Below, in pieces: positions 1 to 13,993 of a stretch of DNA of 64,000 nucleotides. The notes beneath the pieces were generated by a model, which was not told the origin of the DNA, did not search any database, and saw only the letters and a list, made by a program, of their open reading frames with translations. The DNA is from Oceanipulchritudo sp. (lineage in GTDB: Bacteria; Verrucomicrobiota; Verrucomicrobiia; Opitutales; Oceanipulchritudinaceae), in assembly GCA_049975345.1 (NCBI GenBank), contig JBNGDP010000001.1, positions 32,907-96,906 on the forward strand. The letters are read 5' to 3'. The first letter of the stretch is position 1. Every line of letters begins with the position of its first letter. Both the position numbers and the translations under genes were made by a program.

Positions 1-1208
1 TTTTTTCCCATGGCCGGAAGGATCTCGTCGGTCAGCCCGAGCCGGTAAGCCCCGACAATTTCCGATTCCTCGCGGTTCCAGATGAACAGGTGCCAGTAGT
101 GCGGATCGAAACGGTCAAGATCGGTCGCCTCCCCCGTTCCCTCCCCCACGGCTCGGAAAGTGATCTCCCGCAGGCGGCCGAGTTCCATCAGGATCCGCGG
201 GATGGAAGCGGCCCTGGCCGCATAGACCGCGAAAGGGGGATGCTCCAGAAGGAGCGCCTCCCCCGGAAGGTCTTCCAACTCCGCCGCAAGGGCCGCCGCC
301 GGCTGCGCCCCGACAATTTCCTTCCCGGAATGGGCCCTTCGCAAATCCAAAGTAAAAGTCGTCTTTTCCGCAACTTCCCGGCTCTTCAGGATGTAGGTCC
401 GCAGCCGCAGGAATTCCATCACTTCGTTGTTGCTTGGAAAGTGCTCCAGCCGTTTTGCGCGAATGGGGTTGCCGATACGGACCTCCATGACGCGGTTTCT
501 GGAACGCAGCATTTCGCGGGCCAGCAGAACGGTCCGCATACGCGGATGGAGAAGGCCGGCCAGCTGGAAAAAATTGCTGTTCCGGCCGGCAAAATACATC
601 GGGACCACGGTGGCGCCCGTCCTGCGGATGACCGGAGCCAGGTTTTCCGCCCATGCCGGGTCCGTGACGCTGCGGGAAGCCGGCCTCAGGTGGGAGACCG
701 TGCCGGAGGGAAAGGTGGCGAGCGCATGCCCTTCATGCAGCCAGCGCAGGCTTGCCTTCAAACCCCGGAGATTGGCCCTGGCGGCCTCAACGCCGCCGAA
801 GGGATCCACGAAAAAGCAGCGGCCGCCCATATGGTCGATCCGGTCCAGGAGGAAGTTCACGAGCAGCTTCCCGTCCGGGCGCACCCGGTCGAGGATTGAT
901 CCCATCACCAACCCGTCCACTCCGCCGTAGGGATGATTGGCGACGACGAAGACCGGGCCTTCCGCGGGGATGCGCTCCAGATCCTCCTCCGTCACCCGGT
1001 ATTTGATCCCCAGGACCGCCAGGCCCTGGTCGAAAAACGAGCCTTCCTCCCCGGCGCGCTTCTCCAGCAATTGCCGGTAATTCCCGTTCAGGCTTGCCGT
1101 GTGCAGAAGAGGGTCCAGCAGCTTCTGCAGCAGACGGAGCGGCGTCCGCTGCCACGGCCGCGCCGCGAAATCGCGGAAATCAAGGAGTTCGGTGTCGGAC
1201 CTTGCCAT
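1..1208 (-). CDS. Fused PlsC-type O-acyltransferase + GNAT (OlsB-like) N-acyltransferase, OlsF-like ornithine-lipid synthase; 3' end lies outside the window
   Basis: Manual translation from ATG 1208 stays open to base 1: MARSDTELLDF...VVANHPYGGVDG (HxxxxD)...ATFPSGTVS...ELGRLREITFRAVGEGTGEATDLDRFDPHYWHLFIWN...IVGAYRLG. Absent from the ORF track because there is no stop in the window. Confidence 0.85.
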   Translation of the reverse strand, partial: MARSDTELLDFRDFAARPWQRTPLRLLQKLLDPLLHTASLNGNYRQLLEKRAGEEGSFFDQGLAVLGIKYRVTEEDLERIPAEGPVFVVANHPYGGVDGLVMGSILDRVRPDGKLLVNFLLDRIDHMGGRCFFVDPFGGVEAARANLRGLKASLRWLHEGHALATFPSGTVSHLRPASRSVTDPAWAENLAPVIRRTGATVVPMYFAGRNSNFFQLAGLLHPRMRTVLLAREMLRSRNRVMEVRIGNPIRAKRLEHFPSNNEVMEFLRLRTYILKSREVAEKTTFTLDLRRAHSGKEIVGAQPAAALAAELEDLPGEALLLEHPPFAVYAARAASIPRILMELGRLREITFRAVGEGTGEATDLDRFDPHYWHLFIWNREESEIVGAYRLGLTDEILPAMGK

Positions 1209-1248
1209 GGCGGGGTTTCAGACAAGGGCATAGGCTTGTCGCGGATAC

Positions 1249-1276
1249 AGGCTAGCGCCAGCGAAATCGAAGGCAA
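1249..1276 (-). promoter_or_regulatory. Putative sigma70 promoter for the OlsF-like gene
   Basis: Minus strand TTGCCT-N16-TAGCCT, about 40 nt upstream of ATG 1208. Confidence 0.55.
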
Positions 1277-1311
1277 GCCCAACCGGCCCGGGTTAATTTC
1301 ACGTGACAAGG

Positions 1312-2901
1312 TTACGGTGCCGTGGCGAGCAGCAGCTTGTAGCGGAAGGAGTCGCGAAGCGCCTGCCAGCTGGCCTCGATGATGTTGGGGTTCGCCCCGC
1401 AGGTCCACCAGGTGCTTTCCCCGTCGCCCGAAAGCATGAGCACCTGTACCACCGAATCCGCTCCCAGGCCGGCCTGCAGGATGCGCACCTTGTAATCGAT
1501 CAGCTGGACCGAGCGGAGCTCCGGAAAATGTTCCCCGAAGGCCAGGCGCATGGCATGGTCGAGTGCCCCGACCGGACCGGTTGATTCGGCGACGCTGATC
1601 TTGATATCCGCCTCGTCCTCGACACGGATTTTGACGACGGCCTCGCTGATGTTCTCCTTCTTGTCCCGGACCACCTCCGAGATGGTACGGTAGCTGACGA
1701 GTTTGAAATTGTCCTCATGTCCGTGGAAATGCCGGTGCAGCAGGACCTTGAAACTGGCATCCGCATTTTCGTATTCATACCCCCGGGCCTCGCGCTCCTT
1801 GAGGAGCTTGAGGAATTTCCTCATCTCGGGGGATTTCGGATCGACCTGGATGCCCAGTTGAGCGGCCTTCATGGCGACACTGCTGCCCCCGGCCATGTCG
1901 GAAAGCAGGATGCGCTGCCGGTTGCCGACCTGCTCGGGCCGGATGTGCTCGTAACTGCGCGCCACCTTCTGGGCGGCGTTGGCATGCACCCCTCCCTTGT
2001 GCGCAAAGGCGCTCTTCCCCACGTAGGGGGCCTTCGGGTCGGGTACCCGGTTGGCGAGGTTGTCGATGTGATGCGCCAGCCCGCACAATTTCGCCAAGTT
2101 GTCCTCGGCATGGTGGTGGTATCCCATCTTCAACGAAAGATTGGCCATGATGGTTGTGAGATTGGCATTGCCAATGCGCTCGCCATAACCGTTCTGGGTT
2201 CCCTGGACCATCCGGGCGCCGGCCTCCACGCCGGCCTGGGAAAGCGCAACCCCGAGGCCGCAATCGTCGTGGCAGTGCATGCCCACCTTGACCGGGGCCA
2301 TCTCACGGACCACCGACTCCACAACCCCCTTCAACCAGCTGACCTGCGATCCCCCGTTGGTGTCGCAGAGCACCAGCCAGTCCGCTCCGCCCGCGGCCGC
2401 GGCCCGCAAGGTCCGCATGGCGTATTCCGGATCCTCCTTGTATCCGTCGAAAAAGTGCTCGGCATCGTAGATGACCTCCCGTCCGGAGTCCTTGAGGAAG
2501 CGAACGGAATCCTCGATCATGGCGAGGTTCTCCTCCGCCGTGGTGCGGAGCACCTCCTTGACGTGGAGAAGCCAGGTCTTTCCGAAAATCGTCACCACCG
2601 GGGTTTCCGCCTCCAGCAGGGTCGCCAACTGGGGATCTTGCTCCGCCGGCAAGTGGGCCCGGCGGGTGGATCCGAAGGCGGCGATCCGGGCATGGCGGAA
2701 GGCTACTTTCCTGGCCAGATCGAAAAAGGCCATGTCACGGGGGTTGGAACCCGGCCAGCCGCCCTCGATGTAATCGATCCCAAAGGCATCCAGCTTTTCC
2801 GCGACGAGAATCTTGTCCTCCGCGGAAAAGGAGATCCCCTCCCCCTGCGTTCCATCGCGGAGGGTCGTATCGTAGATGAGTACGGTATCGGCCTCTTTCA
2901 T
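1312..2901 (-). CDS. cimA: Citramalate synthase (LeuA/CimA family)
   Basis: IYDTTLRDGTQGEGISFS, GGWPGSNPRD, YDAEHFFDGY, HCHDDCGL, GYGERIGNANL, AFAHKGGVH; 529 aa with a C-terminal regulatory domain. Confidence 0.92.
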   Translation of the reverse strand: MKEADTVLIYDTTLRDGTQGEGISFSAEDKILVAEKLDAFGIDYIEGGWPGSNPRDMAFFDLARKVAFRHARIAAFGSTRRAHLPAEQDPQLATLLEAETPVVTIFGKTWLLHVKEVLRTTAEENLAMIEDSVRFLKDSGREVIYDAEHFFDGYKEDPEYAMRTLRAAAAGGADWLVLCDTNGGSQVSWLKGVVESVVREMAPVKVGMHCHDDCGLGVALSQAGVEAGARMVQGTQNGYGERIGNANLTTIMANLSLKMGYHHHAEDNLAKLCGLAHHIDNLANRVPDPKAPYVGKSAFAHKGGVHANAAQKVARSYEHIRPEQVGNRQRILLSDMAGGSSVAMKAAQLGIQVDPKSPEMRKFLKLLKEREARGYEYENADASFKVLLHRHFHGHEDNFKLVSYRTISEVVRDKKENISEAVVKIRVEDEADIKISVAESTGPVGALDHAMRLAFGEHFPELRSVQLIDYKVRILQAGLGADSVVQVLMLSGDGESTWWTCGANPNIIEASWQALRDSFRYKLLLATAP

Positions 2902-2950
2902 TCACTTCGGTGTTTGCCCTTTGCACGCTTTGGTCAATTGCAAAATGCCT

Positions 2951-2978
2951 TTGCCTCCGGGCTTCCAGGGCTTATCCT
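2951..2978 (+). promoter_or_regulatory. Putative sigma70 promoter for astB
   Basis: TTGCCT-N16-TATCCT ending 16 nt before ATG 2995. Confidence 0.55.
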
Positions 2979-2994
2979 CTCCCTTTGCAAGCCC

Positions 2995-4344
2995 ATGAAA
3001 TACCATGAAATCAACTTTGACGGCCTTGTCGGACCGACCCACAACTACGCGGGACTCTCCTCGGGAAACATCGCCTCGGTCAGCCATCGTGGCGATATCT
3101 CCAATCCACGGGCCGCGGCTTTGCAGGGCCTTGCCAAGGCCAAGGCGCTGGCTGACCGGGGCTATCCACAGGCCTTGCTGCCTCCGCATGAGCGCCCGTC
3201 GATTCCCGCACTGCGCCAGTGGGGCTTTGACGGAAAGCGCGATGAGGAGGTCCTTGCGGCGGCGGCACGCCTGGCCCCGGACCTGTTGGCCGCCGCTTCC
3301 TCCGCCTCGGCCATGTGGGCTGCCAATGCCTGCACCATGACCCCTTCCCTCGATTCCGGGGACGGGCTTGTTCATTTCACCCCGGCAAACCTCCACTCCA
3401 AGCTGCACCGCAGTCTGGAGCCCCGCTTCACGCAATCCATCCTGCGCGCGGTCTTCGCGGACGAGGACCGCTTCCGGGTCCACGACCCGCTCCCGGGGGG
3501 CGAGGCCATGGCCGACGAGGGAGCGGCCAACCATACCCGGCTGACAAGCGGCCCGGCCGGGCCCGGATTGCACCTCTTCGTGTACGGTCGCGGCGCCCTC
3601 GGAAACCTGCCGGACCGCCCAAGGCGCTTTCCCGCGCGCCAGAGCCGGGAAAGCTCCGAGGCCCTCGCCAGGCGTCACCGGATCGCAGCCCGCCAATGCC
3701 TCTTCATCCAGCAGGCTCCGGAAGCGATTGACGCCGGGGTCTTCCACAACGACGTCATCGCCGTCGGAAGCCAGCAGGTTCTCTTGCTCCACGAAACAGC
3801 CTTTCTGGACCAGAAGCGGACCCTGGAGGAAATCCGGAAGGCCTTCTCCGCCCTCGGCGGGGAACTGCGGGTGATCGAGGTGCCCGCCGGCCGGGTCAGC
3901 CTGAAGGAGGCCGTGGACACCTACCTGTTCAATTCCCAGCTGCTCCCCCTGCCCGGGGGCGGAATGCTCCTCGTCGTCCCCGCGGAATGCGCGGGCAGCC
4001 AGGCGGTCAGCGAGCTGCTCGAGGACTATGTCTCCGATGACTCCAATCCCATCCGTGAAGTGCTGGCCTTTGACCTGCGGGAAAGCATGCGCAATGGCGG
4101 AGGACCTGCCTGCCTGCGCCAGCGTGTGGTCCTCAACACCAATGAAACGCGTCATCTGCGCGGCCGGATCTTCCTGGATGAGGCGCTAAACAAGGATCTG
4201 GAAACATGGGTGAAAAACCATTACCGCGACCATCTCTCGCCGGCGGACCTCGCCGACCCGCGCCTGCTTGAGGAATCCCGCCTCGCCCTGGACGAGTTGA
4301 CGGGCATCCTGCACCTGCCAGCCCTCTACCCGTTCCAGAAATAA
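2995..4344 (+). CDS. astB: N-succinylarginine dihydrolase
   Basis: True start inside ORF 1717..4344: MKYHEINFDGLVGPTHNYAGLSSGN; ASSASAMWAAN, DEGAANHTRL, GVFHNDVIAV, ESMRNGGGPACLR are AstB hallmarks. Confidence 0.92.
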   Translation: MKYHEINFDGLVGPTHNYAGLSSGNIASVSHRGDISNPRAAALQGLAKAKALADRGYPQALLPPHERPSIPALRQWGFDGKRDEEVLAAAARLAPDLLAAASSASAMWAANACTMTPSLDSGDGLVHFTPANLHSKLHRSLEPRFTQSILRAVFADEDRFRVHDPLPGGEAMADEGAANHTRLTSGPAGPGLHLFVYGRGALGNLPDRPRRFPARQSRESSEALARRHRIAARQCLFIQQAPEAIDAGVFHNDVIAVGSQQVLLLHETAFLDQKRTLEEIRKAFSALGGELRVIEVPAGRVSLKEAVDTYLFNSQLLPLPGGGMLLVVPAECAGSQAVSELLEDYVSDDSNPIREVLAFDLRESMRNGGGPACLRQRVVLNTNETRHLRGRIFLDEALNKDLETWVKNHYRDHLSPADLADPRLLEESRLALDELTGILHLPALYPFQK

Positions 4345-4386
4345 AAGCAGCCTTGCCCGCGCGGGGGAGTTCTTCACAGTGGGGAC

Positions 4387-5142
4387 ATGGCCAGTTTGCA
4401 GGATATCGTCCTATTTTCCGACAACCTCACACGCCGGCTCGAGATCGCCGATTTTTCCGGGGCCAACAATGGCCTGCAGCTGGAGAACAACGGCACGGTG
4501 GAAAAAGTCGGGGCCGCCGTGGATGCCGGGATGGTTCCCTTTCAACAGGCCATCAGGGAAGGAGTCGACCTTCTGGTCGTCCACCACGGAATGTTCTGGA
4601 ACACCCCGGCCGCCTACACGGGAGTCCTGTACAGGAAGCTCAAGCTGGCCATGGATCACAATCTCGCCGTCTACAGCAGCCATCTCCCACTCGACGCGCA
4701 TCCGGAGATCGGCAACAACCGCCTCCTGGCCGATGCCCTCGGCCTGGAGCCCGAGGAATGGTTCCTTCCCCACGAGGGCACCCCGATCGCCCTTCTGGCA
4801 AAAGCCCCGGACGGCCGGAACGAGTTGAAAAGCCGCTTGCAACGGGAATTCGGAAAAGCCGTCACCGCGATCGAGTTCGGCACCGAAACCCCATCCCGGG
4901 TCGCCATCCTGACCGGTTCCGGGCGCAGCGCCCTTCCCTGCCTGAAGGCCGCCGGAACCGACACCCTCATAACCGGGGAATTGCGCCAGGAACATTTCAA
5001 CCTCGCCCAGGAGGAGGGCCTCAATCTTTATCTCTGCGGCCACTACGCCACGGAGCGCTACGGGGTCATCGCGCTGGGCAAACGGATCGCAAGCCGCTTC
5101 AGCCTGCCGTTCTCCTTTCTTTCCACGGATTGTCCCCTGTAG
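4387..5142 (+). CDS. Nif3/YbgI-like dinuclear metal-centre hexameric protein
   Basis: NNGLQ, VHHGMFW, YSSHLPLDAHPEIGNN, LITGE, GHYATE motifs. Confidence 0.9.
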   Translation: MASLQDIVLFSDNLTRRLEIADFSGANNGLQLENNGTVEKVGAAVDAGMVPFQQAIREGVDLLVVHHGMFWNTPAAYTGVLYRKLKLAMDHNLAVYSSHLPLDAHPEIGNNRLLADALGLEPEEWFLPHEGTPIALLAKAPDGRNELKSRLQREFGKAVTAIEFGTETPSRVAILTGSGRSALPCLKAAGTDTLITGELRQEHFNLAQEEGLNLYLCGHYATERYGVIALGKRIASRFSLPFSFLSTDCPL

Positions 5143-5162
5143 GACCGGGAATGTTTTTCTCC

Positions 5163-5190
5163 TTGCAAATTCAACGGAGTTGCCCACCTT
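5163..5190 (+). promoter_or_regulatory. Putative sigma70 promoter for rpsO-pnp
   Basis: TTGCAA-N16-CACCTT in the Nif3-rpsO intergenic region. Confidence 0.5.
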
Positions 5191-5196
5191 CACCTC

Positions 5197-5337
5197 TTTT
5201 CCGCGTCGAGAGGTCGGGCGTGAAACCCCTCCTCCGCGGCCATCCCGCAGCTGCGGGACCAGACGGTTGGACTGGCTCCGGCGAGTCCTTCGGCACCTCC
5301 GGTGAGGGGCCCCATGGTCGTGAAACAACTCATATCA
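5197..5337 (+). promoter_or_regulatory. Long structured 5' UTR of rpsO, candidate S15 autoregulatory leader
   Basis: About 140-nt non-coding stretch containing the perfect 16-nt palindrome TCCCGCAGCTGCGGGA (5243-5258). S15 leaders are known in other phyla. Confidence 0.4.
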
Positions 5338-5607
5338 ATGGCTAAGACTCAACTCGACAAAACATCCGTTATCGCGGACTACAAGAACCACGACACCGAC
5401 ACCGGTTCCCCCGATGTCCAGATCGCCCTGCTCACGCAGCGCATCAACCACCTGACCGATCACCTGCGGACCCACCGCAAGGATTTTCACAGCCGTCGCG
5501 GCCTCATCGCCATGACCAGCCGCCGGCGCAAGCTTCTGGATTATGTCAAAAGGCATGACCTGGACCGCTACAAGCAGTTGCTCGAGCGCCTGAAGCTCCG
5601 CCGCTAG
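5338..5607 (+). CDS. rpsO: 30S ribosomal protein S15
   Basis: DTGSPDVQIALLTQRINHLTDHLRTHRKDFHSRRGL...RRKLLDY; ATG 5338. Confidence 0.97.
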   Translation: MAKTQLDKTSVIADYKNHDTDTGSPDVQIALLTQRINHLTDHLRTHRKDFHSRRGLIAMTSRRRKLLDYVKRHDLDRYKQLLERLKLRR

Positions 5608-5649
5608 GCGGCGGGGTTTCATCCGACCGGGCCCTTCACAGTCAATCCC

Positions 5650-5740
5650 GTTCCCCCTCCACAGCTGCATCCAGTAGGAAGTCCGCCTGCCGGGCACCGC
5701 CGGGCAGACGAACTTCCTAGAATCAGCTGGATGGGGGAAC
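5650..5740 (+). promoter_or_regulatory. Long imperfect stem-loop between rpsO and pnp (candidate RNase III processing or PNPase autoregulation site)
   Basis: Nested pairings: GTTCCCCC 5650-57 / GGGGGAAC 5733-40; CAGCTG 5662-67 / 5724-29; TAGGAAGT 5675-82 / ACTTCCTA 5712-19; CTGCC 5687-91 / GGCAG 5703-07. Confidence 0.65.
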
Positions 5741-5793
5741 CCCACCCGGACCGGGTCCTTCAGGCCCCGGCTCCTTCAAGTTAACAACATCCA

Positions 5794-8091
5794 ATGCTGA
5801 AACAGAAACACTCCGTTACCGTTGAGGAATACGGTATCACCATCGAAACCGGCACCCTGGCCAAGCAGGCCAACGGGGCCGCCACCATCCAACTCGGCGA
5901 GACCACGATCTTTGTGGCCGCCACCGCCGCCAACAGCATCCGCGAAGGGCAGGATTTCTTCCCCCTCCAGGTCGACTACCGCGAGAAGTTCCATGCCGCC
6001 GGCCGTATGCCTGGCGGTTTCTTCAAGCGCGAGGGACGCCCCACCGAGAAGGAAATCCTGACCTCGCGCCTGACAGACCGTCCACTGCGGCCGCTCTTCC
6101 CCAAGGGCTTCTTCAATGAGGTCCAGGTGCAGGCCCTCCTCATGACCGCCGACCTCGTCAACGAGCCGGACATCCTCCTCGTCAACGGCGCTTCGGCCGC
6201 CCTGATGTGCTCGGACATTCCCTGGAACGGCCCCGTGGCCTGCATCCGGGTGGGCCTCATTGACGACGAGTTTATCGTGAATCCGACCCATGAGCAGCAA
6301 TACGAGTCGGAACTGGACCTCATTTACGTCGGTAACGAGAAGGAAATGATGATGATCGAGGGATCCGCCGAGGAAGTCCCCGAGGAGAAATTCATCGCCG
6401 CCCTTGAATTCGCCCAGGAGGCCATCCAGCCGATCATCAAGGCGCAGAAGGAACTCGCCGCCCTGGTCGGCAAGGAAAAGAAAACCTTCGAACTGTTTGT
6501 CGTAACCGATGAGAACCTCGCCTTTGCCCGTGGAATCGTCGGGGACCGCATGGCCGAGGCCGTCTTCAAGGATTCCAAGGCCGATCGCCAGGAGGCCGTC
6601 GACGCCCTCAAAAAGGAAGTCGAGGAAAAGATGATCGAACGCGACGGGGAGGAAAACGTTGACCCGAACCAGCTGATGCTCGCCTTTGAGGTCCTCCAGG
6701 AGGAAATTTACCGGGAAAACATCCTCGATGCCGGCAAGCGTGCCGATGGCCGTGGCCCCAAGGACCTGCGTGACATCGAGTGCCAGGTCAACCTCTTTCC
6801 GCGCGTGCACGGTTCGGCCCTTTTCCAGCGCGGGGAAACCCAGGCGATCGTCTTCACGACCCTCGGATCCCGCTCCGACAACCAGGACATGGACGGTCTC
6901 ACGGGTGGACCCCGCGAGAAGAGTTTCCTCCTGCATTACAATTTCCCGAATTATTCCGTCGGGGAAACCGGGCGCATCATGGGTCCGGGCCGCCGTGAAA
7001 TCGGCCATGGTGCCCTCGCCGAGCGGTCCCTGCTTCCGGTGCTGCCCGCCGAGGACGAGTTCCCCTACACCGTTCGCCTGGTCTCCGAGATCATGGAATC
7101 CAACGGCTCCACTTCCATGGCTTCCGTCTGTGGCGGTTGCCTTTCCCTCATGGATGCCGGGGTGCCCATCAGCGGCATGGTCGCCGGGATCTCCACCGGC
7201 CTGGTCAGCCGGTACGGAAAGGATGGAACCTTTGAAAAACACGTCGTCCTCTCCGATATCATCGGGGCCGAGGACCACTTCGGTGACATGGATTTCAAGA
7301 TCTGCGGCACCCGCAAGGGAATCACCGGGTTCCAACTCGACCTGAAAATCCAGGGGCTTCCCCATGAAGTGGCCAAGGAGGCCATTGCCCGCAACCGCGA
7401 CCTGCGCATGCGGATTCTCGACGTCATGTCCGCCACCATCGAAAAGCCGCGGGATGAACTCAGCCCCTACGCACCCCGGATCGAGACCATCATGATCGAT
7501 CCGGAGAAGATCGGCGCCGTTATCGGCCCCGGCGGAAAGACCATCCGGCGCATCTGCGAGGTCTCCGGCGCGGAAATCGACATCAACGAGGACAATTCAG
7601 GCCGCATCGACGTCTACGCCACCAGCGGGCCGTCCATGGAACGGGCCATCGAGGAGATCAAGGCCATCACCGCCGAAATCGAGGAAGGCAAGCTCTACCA
7701 TGGCACCGTCCGCGGCGTGAAGGAATTCGGGGCCTTTGTCGAGTGCCTGCCCGGCAAGGAAGGCCTCGTCCACGTCTCCGAACTGGCGGACTTCCGGGTC
7801 AACCGGGTCGAGGACGTCTGTGCCCTCGGCGACCAGATGTGGGTCAAGTGCGTCGGAATCGATGAAAAGGGACGAGTCCGCCTCAGCCGCACCGCCGCCC
7901 TCGCCGACCGTAACGGCGAGGACGACGAAATCAGCGAAAAGGTTTCCGCCGCAAAGGAAAAGGCAGGTTCCGAGCGTTCGGACCGGCCGGACCGGTCAGA
8001 CCGGCCGGACCGTTCGGACCGTTCGGACCGGCCTCGCCGCCGCCAGGGGGACCGCCGTCGTCCGCCCCGCCGCAGGCGGGACGATGATTGA
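5794..8091 (+). CDS. pnp: Polyribonucleotide nucleotidyltransferase
   Basis: [56 protein letters not shown]; KH and S1 domains; lies downstream of rpsO. Confidence 0.97.
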   Translation: MLKQKHSVTVEEYGITIETGTLAKQANGAATIQLGETTIFVAATAANSIREGQDFFPLQVDYREKFHAAGRMPGGFFKREGRPTEKEILTSRLTDRPLRPLFPKGFFNEVQVQALLMTADLVNEPDILLVNGASAALMCSDIPWNGPVACIRVGLIDDEFIVNPTHEQQYESELDLIYVGNEKEMMMIEGSAEEVPEEKFIAALEFAQEAIQPIIKAQKELAALVGKEKKTFELFVVTDENLAFARGIVGDRMAEAVFKDSKADRQEAVDALKKEVEEKMIERDGEENVDPNQLMLAFEVLQEEIYRENILDAGKRADGRGPKDLRDIECQVNLFPRVHGSALFQRGETQAIVFTTLGSRSDNQDMDGLTGGPREKSFLLHYNFPNYSVGETGRIMGPGRREIGHGALAERSLLPVLPAEDEFPYTVRLVSEIMESNGSTSMASVCGGCLSLMDAGVPISGMVAGISTGLVSRYGKDGTFEKHVVLSDIIGAEDHFGDMDFKICGTRKGITGFQLDLKIQGLPHEVAKEAIARNRDLRMRILDVMSATIEKPRDELSPYAPRIETIMIDPEKIGAVIGPGGKTIRRICEVSGAEIDINEDNSGRIDVYATSGPSMERAIEEIKAITAEIEEGKLYHGTVRGVKEFGAFVECLPGKEGLVHVSELADFRVNRVEDVCALGDQMWVKCVGIDEKGRVRLSRTAALADRNGEDDEISEKVSAAKEKAGSERSDRPDRSDRPDRSDRSDRPRRRQGDRRRPPRRRRDDD
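7972..8034 (+). repeat. 9-bp tandem repeat encoding the DR(P/S) tail of PNPase
   Basis: gagcgttcg gaccggccg gaccggtca gaccggccg gaccgttcg gaccgttcg gaccggcct (6 copies plus 1 degenerate). Confidence 0.85.
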
Positions 8092-8211
8092 GTTCCTCAA
8101 AGGGGCGGGCCGATGGACGGAAGCAAATTATTGGCTTTAAAGTTTGCGCCCGCGCCTTATACCTGTAGATTCCAATCCTAGATTTGGATTTCCCTATAAA
8201 CCCACCCACCC

Positions 8212-8257
8212 AAAGCTCGGCCGGTCCCTCCAACAACCCGGCCGGGCTTTCTTATTT
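8212..8257 (+). terminator. Probable intrinsic terminator downstream of pnp
   Basis: AAAGCTCGGCCGG 8212-24 pairs with CCGGCCGGGCTTT 8238-50 (one G-U), followed by CTTATTT. Confidence 0.6.
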
Positions 8258-8302
8258 GGGATAGTTGACCACCGGGTCGGCTTCCCCCACAGTCTTTCCA
8301 GG

Positions 8303-8869
8303 ATGCTGCTCGTCATCGACAATTTCGACTCCTTCACCTACAATCTGGTGCAGTATTTCGGCCAACTGGGGGTGGAACAACGGATCTTCCGCAACAACGA
8401 GATCAGCGGCGCGGAAGCCCTCGCCCTGAAGCCGGACAAGGTCCTGCTCTCCCCGGGTCCCTGCAGCCCCACCGAGGCGGGCAACAGTCTCGCCATCCTC
8501 GAAGCCTTCGCCGGTTCGGCAATCCCCCTCTTCGGGGTCTGCCTGGGCCACCAGTGCATCGGCCAGTTCTTCGGGGGCAAGGTGGTTCGGGCCGACCGCC
8601 TCATGCACGGCAAGACCTCCCGCATCCTGCATTCCGGACAGGGCCTGTTCAAGGACCTGCCATCCCCCTTCGCCGCCACCCGGTACCATTCCCTGATCGT
8701 CCAGCGGTCCTCCCTTCCCGACTGCCTGGAGATCACCGCCGAAACCGAGCAAGGGGAAATTATGGGCCTGCGGCACAGGCAATTTCCCATCCATGGCGTG
8801 CAGTTCCATCCGGAGTCTCTGGCCACGGAAAACGGGCTCCAATTACTGCGGAATTTCCTCGATTTTTAG
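8303..8869 (+). CDS. trpG: Anthranilate/aminodeoxychorismate synthase component II (glutamine amidotransferase)
   Basis: [48 protein letters not shown]. Could equally serve as PabA. Confidence 0.88.
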   Translation: MLLVIDNFDSFTYNLVQYFGQLGVEQRIFRNNEISGAEALALKPDKVLLSPGPCSPTEAGNSLAILEAFAGSAIPLFGVCLGHQCIGQFFGGKVVRADRLMHGKTSRILHSGQGLFKDLPSPFAATRYHSLIVQRSSLPDCLEITAETEQGEIMGLRHRQFPIHGVQFHPESLATENGLQLLRNFLDF

Positions 8870-8949
8870 GAGGGAAATAGCTTGCCCTGGAAGGCCCTTT
8901 TCTGGCCTAATGGAGCCCTTCCGGAAATCCGGCCGAGGCCGGATTTTAA

Positions 8950-11466
<2,517 letters not shown>

Positions 11467-11500
11467 AAGGCCCCGCGCAACCCGTACGCGCCACCGCGAA

Positions 11501-13927
<2,427 letters not shown>

Positions 13928-13955
13928 GCCGCCCTTCGCCCCGCCGGGTTTTTCC

Positions 13956-13983
13956 TTTCATTCAGCCAACCCGCCGCTAAACT
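13956..13983 (+). promoter_or_regulatory. Putative sigma70 promoter for trkAH
   Basis: TTTCAT-N16-TAAACT ending 10 nt before ATG 13994. Confidence 0.45.
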
Positions 13984-13993
13984 CCGGGAACAC

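Noticed and set aside
1295-1310. parS-like sequence AATTTCACGTGACAAG
   Set aside because: Only 11/16 match to TGTTTCACGTGAAACA, with broken outer symmetry and a single copy.
90-1584. Plus-strand ORFs over the first 1.5 kb
   Set aside because: Antisense shadows of the OlsF-like gene and cimA; no recognisable motifs.
1717-2994. Apparent 875-aa AstB fusion
   Set aside because: The N-terminal 426 codons are the antisense of cimA; AstB starts at ATG 2995 behind its own promoter-like motif.
8092-8210. Possible sRNA or T-box-like leader between pnp and trpG
   Set aside because: Only short, bulged pairings; no T-box, riboswitch or leader-peptide signature seen.
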